Below, one piece after another: positions 31,225 to 40,203 of a stretch of DNA of 64,000 nucleotides. The notes below the pieces were generated by a model. That model did no database searches, was not told where the DNA came from, and saw nothing but the letters and a program-made list of their open reading frames with translations. The DNA is from an uncultured Bacillota bacterium (GTDB taxonomy: Bacteria; Sysuimicrobiota; Sysuimicrobiia; Sysuimicrobiales; Segetimicrobiaceae). The position numbers were made by a program, and so were the translations under genes. The DNA lies in assembly GCA_963804645.1 (NCBI GenBank), contig CAWDRG010000019.1, forward strand, positions 192,001 to 256,000. Reading direction: 5' to 3'. Position 1 is the first letter of the stretch, and each line of letters begins with the position of its first letter.

Positions 31225-31420
31225 CTCGGGGCGGTAACCGTGCGGGGAAGAGTCTACCCTGCGTGCTTCCCGAATGGGAGCAACATTTTGTGGTGCCAGA
31301 CGGTTACCGGGGTCAGACTTTTTTGCGGGCTCGCGGCACCAAGCGGCGTCGGCCTCAGCTCCACCGGGGCGCTCGGGTTCCCAGTTCCCCGACGGCCACT
31401 TTCATCCTTTCGCTGGTGCC
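31225..31420 (-). ncRNA. Putative IS110 bridge/seek RNA in the upstream non-coding end
   Basis: Non-coding end of about 240 nt; stems CGGTAACCGT/ACGGTTACCG and TGCTCCC/GGGAAGCA; matches to target (GCCGCTT, AAAAAAG) and donor (CAGGGTAG); boundaries approximate. Confidence 0.75.
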
Positions 31421-31425
31421 GCACA

Positions 31426-31701
31426 CTACGCGGCATGCCGGACTTTTTTCAGGATTTCTCGCTCTTCCCGTAAGACCCGATTCTCGCGGCGGAGGCGACG
31501 GAGCTCGTCGCGTTCCTCGGTGGTCAATCCGTCCGTGCGCCGTCCGGTATCGAGATCCGCTTGCCGGACCCAGTTCCGCAACGATTGATCAGCGATCCCG
31601 AGATCTTTGGCGATCTGCCCGATCGACTTCCCCGACTCTCGGACCAGCCGCACAGCTTCCTCCCGATACGCTCGCGGGTAGGCCGGGCGAGTCTTCCCCA
31701 T
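31426..31701 (-). CDS. IS3 OrfA (HTH), C-terminus altered by the IS110 insertion
   Basis: YREEAVRLV...IAKDLGI...LRNWV and ELRRLRRENRVLREEREILKK. Confidence 0.9.
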   Translation of the reverse strand: MGKTRPAYPRAYREEAVRLVRESGKSIGQIAKDLGIADQSLRNWVRQADLDTGRRTDGLTTEERDELRRLRRENRVLREEREILKKVRHAA

Positions 31702-32548
31702 CGTGGACCTCCTTCGTGGGGCTTCCGGCCCCAACGATAGACTGTCCACGAAACCGGGTCAACTTCAGGTCTTCCCTGCGGCTGGGACTGTGGGAGTGAA
31801 CGCAGGCGGGAACACCGGCCATGAGGGCGTCTCGGGTAGCGCCGGCGGGTCAGGCGGTGTCGGGCCCTGTTCGGAGTGCGGGAGCGCGGCGGGAACAGGT
31901 CCCGGTGGAGCCGGTGGCGGCGGCAACGGCGGCAGCCATGAGAGTGGCGGGCAGCGATGAGGGCGGGCGGTAACGAGCGGTGCGGGTCGCTCGGGGAACG
32001 ATACTATCGACAGTAAGGTTTTATCACTTACCGGAAGCGTTGGCTGGGGCCAAACCTTTTTGCTCAGGTGATCGCGGCCGGTTCGGGTGCGCTCATCTCC
32101 GTTGGGGACCCGGCGGGACAGATCCTCGTGCTCGACGTGACGCCTGCCGACGCGATGGGGACGGGAGTCGGGACGTTCACCCTGGCGAGCCAGTGGGGCC
32201 AGAAGCTGGCGCACGGTCTCTGCAACGCGATGCCGTCGTCGCACTGGAACGTCAACTACGCCAGACCGTAAGGGCGGTCACGGAAAGGAGGTGGCCGAGC
32301 CCGGCGCGCCCCTCGACCAGAGGAACAGGTTGGCTTGATACGCGGTGAGGGGCCCGTCGTGAAAACCACTTGGGGGCTGCCTTGTGGCAGTCCTGGTTCG
32401 CCCTTGTCGACGGCGGCGCCGCGGACAAAGGTGATGACCGAAATCAAGGGGGTGAACACGGTTCCAGAAGGTTCTGCGCACTGATGGCCGACATTCGGTG
32501 GAGCACGTCTCCTTGGATGAGGCCAATACTTGTCGGCGGAGGTCTAAG

Positions 32549-34084
32549 TTGGCTACCAAACAACCGAACATCGTCGTGATTATGGCCGATGACATCGGCT
32601 ACTGGAACATCGGGGCGTACCACCGGGGCATGATGGCCGGGCGGACGCCGCACCTCGACAAGCTCGCCGCCGAGGGCATGCTATTCAGCGATTACTACGG
32701 GGAGGCGAGCTGCACGGCGGGGCGGGCGGCGTTCATCACCGGCCAGCTCCCGATCCGCACGGGTCTCACGACCGTCGGCCAGGCTGGCGCGGATGTCGGC
32801 ATGCCGGACTCGGCGCCCACGATCGCGACCGCTCTCAAAGACATGGGCTACGCGACCGGGCAATTCGGGAAGAACCACCTGGGCGACATGAATAAGTACC
32901 TGCCCACGGTCCACGGGTTCGATGAGTTCTTCGGCTATCTCTACCACCTCGACGCCATGGAGGACCCCGCCCACCCGGCCTACCCGCAGGAATTGTTGAA
33001 CATGGTCGGCCCGCGCAACATGGTCCATTCCTGGGCCACGGAGACGGATGACTCGACGGTGATGCCGCGCTGGGGCAAGGTCGGCAAGCAGAAGATTGAG
33101 GACGCCGGCACGCTGTATCCGAAGCGGATGGAGACCGTGGACGATGAGATTCTCGCGGCCAGTCTCAAGTTCGTCGACAAGGCCAAGGCAGCTGGCAAGC
33201 CGTTCTTCCTCTGGTTCAACCCGACCCGCATGCACATCGTGACCCATCTGTCGCCGAAGTATGAGGCGCTGCGCAATTCGAAGAACGGCTGGACCATTCA
33301 CGAAGCCGGGATGGCCCAGCTCGACGACAGCGTCGGCGCGCTCATGCAGTACTTGAAAGACAACGGGTTGGACGACAACACCATCGTCATGTTCACCACC
33401 GACAACGGCACCGAGACCTTTACCTGGCCCGATGGGGGACAAACGCCGTTCTACGGTTGCAAGGGCACGGGCTATGAGGGTGGGTTCCGCTGCCCCGCGT
33501 TCATTCGCTGGCCCGGCAAAGTCCCCGCCGGCACGGTGGAGCCTGGCATTATCTCGGGCATTGACTGGTTTGCGACCTTTGTGGCCGCCGCCGGCAACCC
33601 GAACATTGCCGAGGAGCTCAAGAAGGGAAAACAACTCGCTGGAAAGACCTATAAGGTACATCTGGACGGCTATAACCAGATGGACCTAATCACTGGCAAG
33701 GGGCCATCCGCCCGCCACGAGATCTTCTACTTCGCGGAAAGCAACCTTGCGGCGGTGCGGATCGACGACTTCAAGTATCGCTTCATTGAGCAACCCGGCG
33801 GCTGGATTGGTACCAAGGAGCATCCGGACGCGCCGGTGCTCGTGAACCTGCGCCTGGATCCCTTCGAGAAGGCGACGTGGCCACTGGGAAACGGAAATCT
33901 GGGATCCTACCAATTCTTCGACTGGTTCAGGTACGAGTTCTGGCGCTTTGTGTTTGTCCAACAGGAAGTGGCGAAGCTGGCCATGACGGCCATCGAGTTC
34001 CCGCCGGCGCAGAAGGGCGCGAGCTTCAACCTCGATGCGGTGAAGGCGAAGATCGCGGAAGCGATGGCAAAGCACGGACAGTAG
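32549..34084 (+). CDS. Arylsulfatase (formylglycine-dependent)
   Basis: PNIVVIMADDIG, SCTAGR, GKNHLG and TTDNG motifs; GGAGG RBS before TTG. Confidence 0.93.
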   Translation: MATKQPNIVVIMADDIGYWNIGAYHRGMMAGRTPHLDKLAAEGMLFSDYYGEASCTAGRAAFITGQLPIRTGLTTVGQAGADVGMPDSAPTIATALKDMGYATGQFGKNHLGDMNKYLPTVHGFDEFFGYLYHLDAMEDPAHPAYPQELLNMVGPRNMVHSWATETDDSTVMPRWGKVGKQKIEDAGTLYPKRMETVDDEILAASLKFVDKAKAAGKPFFLWFNPTRMHIVTHLSPKYEALRNSKNGWTIHEAGMAQLDDSVGALMQYLKDNGLDDNTIVMFTTDNGTETFTWPDGGQTPFYGCKGTGYEGGFRCPAFIRWPGKVPAGTVEPGIISGIDWFATFVAAAGNPNIAEELKKGKQLAGKTYKVHLDGYNQMDLITGKGPSARHEIFYFAESNLAAVRIDDFKYRFIEQPGGWIGTKEHPDAPVLVNLRLDPFEKATWPLGNGNLGSYQFFDWFRYEFWRFVFVQQEVAKLAMTAIEFPPAQKGASFNLDAVKAKIAEAMAKHGQ

Positions 34085-34097
34085 GCGGAGCGGCAAC

Positions 34098-34129
34098 CGG
34101 GTGGGCGGCCCGTACCAGCCGCCCACCCG
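34098..34129 (+). terminator. Hairpin after sulfatase 1
   Basis: CGGGTGGGCGGC...GCCGCCCACCCG 12-bp stem. Confidence 0.65.
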
Positions 34130-34183
34130 TTCGGTCCGGAGCACGCGGCAGCGACCACGATCGAGACATAAAGGGGGAAGACA

Positions 34184-34348
34184 ATGGCGACGGCACCTAC
34201 CGTGCTGACATATCGCGTGCTGTGCGTGTCGTCGTCAGCGGCGGTCGAGCGTGTGCAGATTGGCCCGCTCGAACGGTATGGTGAGGTGCTCAGTGGAGCG
34301 TTTATCACGGTGGTTGGATTCGTGTTTCTCGTGTGGGTGCGATGGTAA
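34184..34348 (+). CDS. Small membrane protein or gene fragment (54 aa)
   Basis: AAGGGGG RBS; MATAPTV...LERYGEVLSGAFITVVGFVFLVWVRW; absent from the ORF track. Confidence 0.45.
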   Translation: MATAPTVLTYRVLCVSSSAAVERVQIGPLERYGEVLSGAFITVVGFVFLVWVRW

Positions 34349-34912
34349 TTGGGACACCGGACCCCACGGGCAGCGCCGGGATCCACGCCCGATCGGACAC
34401 ACGAGCGGCAGCCCGTTGAACCCGGTGTATCACGACGCCAGTGCCAGACCAGCGGCCTCGACTCGGGCGCACGGGTCGTGTGCAGCCGACCGGGAGCTTC
34501 CCCACGTGGTTCGTGCCCCCCGTTGCGCCGACGTTGTGCCAATGGAGTCGCCGAGCGCGCACGATGTGGGTGATATTTTGCGCATGTCTTCGGCTCGCAC
34601 GCGATAGTTCTTCTGCGATCGCCTCGTACTCTTGCTATAGTGGGCGTGTAGCGGGAGCCCTTAGTCGCAACTACGAGCCATTGGGCCGGTGCCCCGCACC
34701 GTGAGTCGCGTCACACTGGTCGTACGCTGCAGCGAGTACCGCAGGCCCCCGAGACGCTCTCGGCTTCACGGATGTGACGCGGGTCGCGGGACCTCTATCG
34801 TACGCGCGTCGTCGATTTCGCGGCTCGCGTCGTCGCGATGCCGCTCTCAGGGTTCAACGTAAGCCACGGCTTGACCGCGCTTTACCGCAGGAACAACGAG
34901 TGGGGGTGCACC

Positions 34913-37270
34913 ATGGCAGATTTGAAAGAGTACAAACCCGGGACGGCATTCCCTGGGGTGATCGGACGCACGTTCGACGTGTCGAGTCCCGCCTGGCCGG
35001 CGCCGCTGCGTGCCAGAGAGGGCGCACCCAACGTGCTCTTCATTATATTGGATGATACGGGGTTCGGACACCTGGGCTGCTACGGGAGCCCCATTGAGAC
35101 ACCGAATCTGGATAGCCTGGCGGCCGGCGGCCTGCGCTACAACAATATGCACACGACGGCGCTGTGCTCGCCCACCCGTTCGTGCGTCCTCACCGGGCGA
35201 AACCATCACTCGAATGCCATGGCGTGTATCACCGAGGGCTCGACGGGGTACCCGGGCTACAATGCGAATATCCCGCACGAGAACGGCTTTCTCTCCGAGA
35301 TCCTGCTGCAGCACGGCTACAACACCTACGCATTCGGCAAGTGGCATCTGACGCCGGCCGACCAGATGTCGGCGGCCGCCCCGCGCGACCGGTGGCCGCT
35401 CGGACGCGGCTTCGAGCGCTACTACGGCTTTCTGCCCGGCGACACGCACCAGTACTATCCGGAGCTGACCTACGACAACCACCGGGTCGAGCCGGAGAAG
35501 ACGCCCGAGGAGGGGTACCATCTCAGCCAAGACCTGGCGGACCGGGCGATCAGCTTCATTGCCGACGCCAAACAGGTGGCGCCCAACAAGCCGTTTTTTG
35601 CGTACTTCGCCCCCGGGGCGTGCCACGCGCCGCATCAGGTGCCGAAGGAGTGGGCGGACAAGTACAAGGGGAAATTCGACGACGGCTGGGACGCGTATCG
35701 GAAGAAGACGTTTGCCCGGCAGAAGCAGCTCGGTATCATCCCGGCCGACGCCGAACTGTCGCGGCACGATCCGGATGTGCAGGACTGGGGCAAGCTCTCG
35801 GCGGACGAGCGGAAGCTGTACGCCCGGATGATGGAGGTGTTCGCCGGCTTCCTCAGCCACGTCGACCACCACATCGGACGGGTGCTCACCTTTCTGAAGA
35901 CGATCGGCGAGTTTGACAACACGCTCATCATGGTCCTCTCCGACAACGGGGCCAGCGCCGAAGGGGGGCCGACGGGCTCGGTCAACGAGTCCAAGTTCTT
36001 CAACATGGTGCCGGACTCGTTGGAAGAGAACCTGAAGGCGATCGACGACCTCGGAGGCCCCAAGTACTATAACCACTACGCCTGGGGATGGACCTTTGCC
36101 GGGTGCACGCCCTTCCGGCGCTGGAAGCGGGAGACCTATCGGGGCGGGATCAGCGACCCGTTCATGGTCCACTGGACGAAGGGGATCAACGCGAAGGGCG
36201 AGATCCGTACGCAGTTCGCTCACGCGATCGACATGGTGCCGACGGTGCTTGACGCGCTGGGCATCGAGCCGCCTGCGACGATCGACGGGGTCACCCAGTC
36301 GCCGATCGAAGGGGTCAGCTTTGCCCACACCTTCGACAACGGCACGGCGCCGAGCAAGCACATCACCCAGTACTTCGAGATGCTGGGCCACCGTTCGCTC
36401 TATCATGATGGGTGGCGGGCGGTCTGTCCCTGGCCCGGACCGTCGTTCACGGAAGCGGGCAAGCCGTTCGGCATGCCGATTCCGTACGCGATGCTGACCG
36501 AGCTCGACGCCAAGCACTGGGAGCTCTACCACGTCGCCGCGGATTTTGCCGAGAACCACAACGTCGCCGCGGAGAACCGGGCGAAACTGATCGAAATGAT
36601 CGCGACCTGGTACGTCGAGGCGGGCAAGTACAACGTCCTGCCGATCGACGGCCGGGGTGCGCCGCGCCTCGCCGATCCGCGCCCGCAGATCGCGGTCAAT
36701 CGCACGCGCTACATGTATTATCCTGGTACGGAAACGGTGCCGGCGAACTCGGCCGCCAACGTGCTCAACCGCTCGCACAGCATCACCGCGGACGTGGAGA
36801 TTCCGAAGGGCGGCGCGGAGGGCGTGCTCGTGTGTCACGGCGGGGTGGATGGCGGCTACACCTTCTACCTCAAGGACGGGAAGCTGCACTACGGGTACAA
36901 TTATGTCGCCGAACAGTACTACCACGCCGTCTCTGCACAGCCGGTGGCGGCGGGCCGTCACCAGCTGCGGTTCGAGTTTGAGGTCACCGGCAAACCCGAT
37001 ATCATGAAGGGGAAGGGGACGCCCGGGACCGGCCGGCTCTACATCGACGGGAAGCAGGTCGGGGAAATTCAAATGCCCGTCACCACGCCGCTCGCGATGT
37101 CGCTCGGCGGCGGGATCACGTGTGGAGCGAATCCCGGCTCGCCGGTCACGCCGGAGTACGAGCCTCCATTTGCGTTCACCGGCACGATCTACAGCGTGAC
37201 GGTGGATGTCAGCGGGGACGCGATCACGCACCCGGAAGGCGCCATGCGCGCGGTCATGGCTCACCAGTAG
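34913..37270 (+). CDS. Arylsulfatase (AtsA-like) with C-terminal beta-sandwich domain
   Basis: PNVLFIILDDTG, LCSPTR, GKWHL and SDNGAS motifs. Confidence 0.94.
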   Translation: MADLKEYKPGTAFPGVIGRTFDVSSPAWPAPLRAREGAPNVLFIILDDTGFGHLGCYGSPIETPNLDSLAAGGLRYNNMHTTALCSPTRSCVLTGRNHHSNAMACITEGSTGYPGYNANIPHENGFLSEILLQHGYNTYAFGKWHLTPADQMSAAAPRDRWPLGRGFERYYGFLPGDTHQYYPELTYDNHRVEPEKTPEEGYHLSQDLADRAISFIADAKQVAPNKPFFAYFAPGACHAPHQVPKEWADKYKGKFDDGWDAYRKKTFARQKQLGIIPADAELSRHDPDVQDWGKLSADERKLYARMMEVFAGFLSHVDHHIGRVLTFLKTIGEFDNTLIMVLSDNGASAEGGPTGSVNESKFFNMVPDSLEENLKAIDDLGGPKYYNHYAWGWTFAGCTPFRRWKRETYRGGISDPFMVHWTKGINAKGEIRTQFAHAIDMVPTVLDALGIEPPATIDGVTQSPIEGVSFAHTFDNGTAPSKHITQYFEMLGHRSLYHDGWRAVCPWPGPSFTEAGKPFGMPIPYAMLTELDAKHWELYHVAADFAENHNVAAENRAKLIEMIATWYVEAGKYNVLPIDGRGAPRLADPRPQIAVNRTRYMYYPGTETVPANSAANVLNRSHSITADVEIPKGGAEGVLVCHGGVDGGYTFYLKDGKLHYGYNYVAEQYYHAVSAQPVAAGRHQLRFEFEVTGKPDIMKGKGTPGTGRLYIDGKQVGEIQMPVTTPLAMSLGGGITCGANPGSPVTPEYEPPFAFTGTIYSVTVDVSGDAITHPEGAMRAVMAHQ

Positions 37271-37280
37271 GTCGGCCAGG

Positions 37281-37312
37281 GGCCCGGCAGTCCTCTGAAG
37301 GGCTGCCGGGCC
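37281..37312 (+). terminator. Hairpin after sulfatase 2
   Basis: GGCCCGGCAGTCCT...AGGGCTGCCGGGCC stem. Confidence 0.65.
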
Positions 37313-37650
37313 TCATGCTGTCAGCCCCTCCACGAACGTCGGTTTGATTCGTGACTCGCCGCCGTGTCCGAAGAACCATCTCACGGAGCGACCGGCGGGA
37401 GGCCGCCCGCGTACCCAGGACCACACGGCGGCATACGTGCGGCATAAATGGATACAACGCGCGAGATGGTCGACGCTTATGTCCAACGGCTGCGACTCGC
37501 CCGTTGTGTCACCCGGTCCGTCTCGCGTGCGTGCGCCCCTCCGGCCACACGTTCCGCGAGCCGCCCGCAATGAATGGGTATTTCGGTCCGATCGAGAAAG
37601 TAGGGCCAAATGCTGCGAGGCGCACTCGGGGCCTGCGGAGGTGGCATGGG

Positions 37651-39210
37651 ATGACACGGGCTCGCTTGCGGAAGTGGGTCGTGGCGGTCGCGCTGACGGC
37701 GCTGCTCGGGGCCGGCGCCACCTGGGATCTGTTGCCGGCACCGGGCGCCCCCGAGCCGCCGCTGATCTTTGGGCTCTCGGCGGAACCGGTGAATCTCGAT
37801 CCGAACCTCAGCGTCGGGGCGGCGGCGCAGACCGTCAAGATGCAGCTCTACAGCGGGCTGTTCCGCTTCGGCACCGGGGGGATCGTGCAGAACGACCTGG
37901 TCGCGTCCTACGAACAGCCGACGCCGACGACGTACGTGTTTCACCTCCGTCGCAACCTGAAATTCAGCGACGGATCTCCGCTGACCGCGACGGACGTCGC
38001 CTTCACCTTTGAGCGCATCGCCGACGCCAAGGTCGGCGCGTATCTCCGGACGCTGCTTGGTGGGGTCCAGAGCGTCGACGTGGTCGATCCGCAGACGGTC
38101 AAGGTGACGCTCAGCGCGCCCGACGCGGTCTTCACCACGCTGCTCGCGCTCCCGCAGGCGGCGATCGTCTCCAAGGCGTTTGCGCTCGCGCACAACGACG
38201 ACCTGAAGGCCGCCACGCTCGGCGAAGGGCCGTACGTGCTCGGCGAGTGGCAGCGCGGCGTCCAGCTCACGGTCGAGCGGAACCCGAACTACTATCAGCG
38301 CGGGCTGCCGCGAACCTCAGAGATCCGGTTCGTGTTCTACCCCGACGACAACTCGCGCTTCGCGGCGCTTGAGTCGGGCGCGGTCGACATGATCGAGTAC
38401 GTGCCGTGGCAAGACATCTCCGCGATTCGCGCCAACCCAGAGTTTGGCTACCAGGGCACGCCCGGACCGTTCATGTATCTGCAGTTCAACGTGACGCAGG
38501 CGCCGTTCAATGACGCGCGTGTGCGGCGCGCCATGGGGTACGCGATCGACCGGGACGCGATCGTCAAGACCGCGTTCTTCGGCCGGGGCACGCCGATCTA
38601 CGGCCTGCCGATCACCAAAGGGAACCTGGCGTATGACCCGGCCCTGGACCACTACTACACGTACGACCCCGCCAAGGCCAAACAGATGCTTGGGGAGGCG
38701 GGCTTTGCGAATGGGTTCACCGCGACCCTCCTCAGCACGTCTCAGTACGGAATGCTCAAGGACACCGCCCAGGTCGTGCAGCAGAACCTGAACGCGATCG
38801 GGGAGCACGTGACGCTGGCGCTGCCGGACTGGGCGACCCGCATCGCGACGGGCAACGCCGGACGCTACCAGTTCGCGGCGAGCGGCGCGGTCGGCGACTA
38901 CCCCGACCCGGACTTTTTGACGGTGTACTTCCACTCGGGCCCGACCTACTACAACTACACGACCGGGTACGACGACGCGACAATGGATGCGATGCTGAGC
39001 ATGGCCCGCGGCATGCTCGATCCGGCCGGCCGTGCGGCCATGTACGGGAGAATCGAGCGGAAGGCGCTGGACGACGCGCCCTATATCTTCCTGAACTACC
39101 GGGAGCAGGGGTACGCGTATAAGAAGAGCGTCGGCGGGTTCCGGATCTTGCCGGGGTTCCTCGTGTTCTATACGGCCGGCACGCTGGATACCATCACGGT
39201 CACGAACTAG
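37651..39210 (+). CDS. Peptide/nickel-type ABC substrate-binding protein (family 5)
   Basis: NLDP, FSDGSPLTATDV, GEGPY and NDARVRRA motifs; signal peptide. Confidence 0.92.
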   Translation: MTRARLRKWVVAVALTALLGAGATWDLLPAPGAPEPPLIFGLSAEPVNLDPNLSVGAAAQTVKMQLYSGLFRFGTGGIVQNDLVASYEQPTPTTYVFHLRRNLKFSDGSPLTATDVAFTFERIADAKVGAYLRTLLGGVQSVDVVDPQTVKVTLSAPDAVFTTLLALPQAAIVSKAFALAHNDDLKAATLGEGPYVLGEWQRGVQLTVERNPNYYQRGLPRTSEIRFVFYPDDNSRFAALESGAVDMIEYVPWQDISAIRANPEFGYQGTPGPFMYLQFNVTQAPFNDARVRRAMGYAIDRDAIVKTAFFGRGTPIYGLPITKGNLAYDPALDHYYTYDPAKAKQMLGEAGFANGFTATLLSTSQYGMLKDTAQVVQQNLNAIGEHVTLALPDWATRIATGNAGRYQFAASGAVGDYPDPDFLTVYFHSGPTYYNYTTGYDDATMDAMLSMARGMLDPAGRAAMYGRIERKALDDAPYIFLNYREQGYAYKKSVGGFRILPGFLVFYTAGTLDTITVTN

Positions 39211-39234
39211 CGGCGGCGTTCCGAGCAGGCTTGC

Positions 39235-40203
39235 TTGCTCAAGTACGCGTCCCGCCGCGTCCTGATCGCGGTCGTCCTCTTGTGGGTGATTGCGAGTCTG
39301 GTGTTTGCGTTTCTGCACCTGCTGCCGGGCGACCCGGTGCTGATCATCCTCGGGTCGGAGGGCGGGTCGCAGGCGCCCAGCCCGGACCAGGTCGTCGCCG
39401 TGCGCCACGCGCTCGGCCTCGACCGGCCGCTCCCGGAGCAGTACGGCCGCTGGCTGGCGCAGCTCGGGCGGTTCGACCTGGGGACGTCGCTGTACGACTC
39501 GACGTCGGTCACGAGTGATATCCTCGGGCGGCTGCCGACCAGCCTGCAGCTGATCGCGGTGGCGGTGGCGCTGGCGGTGGCCGGCGGGATTGCGATCGGC
39601 ATCGCCGCGGCCCGGCGGCGCGGCACATGGGTCGACGCGGCGCTGTCCGGCGTGCTGGCGAGCGGACTCTCGATCCCGGTGTTCGTCGTCGGCACGCTCA
39701 TGGTGCTCGTGTTCGGCGTCCTATTGAAGTGGGTGCCCATCGGCGGGTACGTGCCGTTCACGCGGGACCCCGCGGCGTATCTGCGGCAGCTCGTCCTGCC
39801 GGCCGTGACGCTCGCCTTCAGCCTGCTCGGGATCGTGGGACGGATTACCCGCGGGAGCGTGCTCGAGGTGATGCACCAAGAGTACGTGCGGACGGCGCGT
39901 GCGAAGGGGCTCAGTGAAGCCCGGGTGCTCACGCGGCACGTGCTGCGGACGGCGCTGATTCCGATCGTGACGGTGATCGGCGTCCAGTTTGGGATTCTGA
40001 TCGGCGGCACCGTGCTGGTCGAGTATGTCTTTAATTGGCCGGGCATCAGCACGCTGCTGTTCACGGCGATTCAGCGCCGCGATTACCCCACGGTGCAGGG
40101 CGTGGTGCTGGTGACCTCGGCGCTCTTCATCCTTATCAACATGGTCGTGGATCTGTCCTACGCGGCGCTCGACCCCCGGATCCGGTACGAGGGCGGCGCG
40201 TGA
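39235..40203 (+). CDS. Peptide ABC permease (DppB/OppB-like)
   Basis: LPGDP, EYVRTARAKGL, RDYP and DPRIRY motifs. Confidence 0.93.
   Translation: MLKYASRRVLIAVVLLWVIASLVFAFLHLLPGDPVLIILGSEGGSQAPSPDQVVAVRHALGLDRPLPEQYGRWLAQLGRFDLGTSLYDSTSVTSDILGRLPTSLQLIAVAVALAVAGGIAIGIAAARRRGTWVDAALSGVLASGLSIPVFVVGTLMVLVFGVLLKWVPIGGYVPFTRDPAAYLRQLVLPAVTLAFSLLGIVGRITRGSVLEVMHQEYVRTARAKGLSEARVLTRHVLRTALIPIVTVIGVQFGILIGGTVLVEYVFNWPGISTLLFTAIQRRDYPTVQGVVLVTSALFILINMVVDLSYAALDPRIRYEGGA

Larger units (their letters stand above)
29959..31444 (-). mobile_element. IS110-family element (about 1486 bp) with CT core
   Basis: No TIRs; both junctions share CT (GCCG-CT-ACCCTG and CCGGA-CT-TTTTTC); excision restores IS3 orfA ...EILKK|AAAFFAQE. 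Confidence 0.92.
29011..31767 (-). mobile_element. IS3-family element, 1271 bp when reconstituted, interrupted by IS110
   Basis: TG...CA ends; TIRs TGAAGTTGCCCCGGTTTCGTGGA / TGAAGTTGACCCGGTTTCGTGGA; 4-bp TSD GGTC. Confidence 0.95.
28675..31960 (+). pseudogene. Secreted protein (DUF5666-like beta domain plus Gly-rich tail) interrupted by the IS3::IS110 nest
   Basis: Removing the IS3 and one GGTC copy joins 28675-29010 in frame to 31772-31960 (...RVDILV|FPAAGTVG...GGQR*), 174 aa. Confidence 0.8.

Noticed and set aside
29960..31444. Strong junction promoter formed on IS110 circularisation
   Set aside because: A TAGTGT -10-like hexamer exists in the upstream end, but no convincing -35 lies at 17 bp across the junction
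32068..32271. STAS / anti-sigma antagonist-like fragment
   Set aside because: Only a faint resemblance (ILVLDVT..DAMG) and no clear start; cannot be supported
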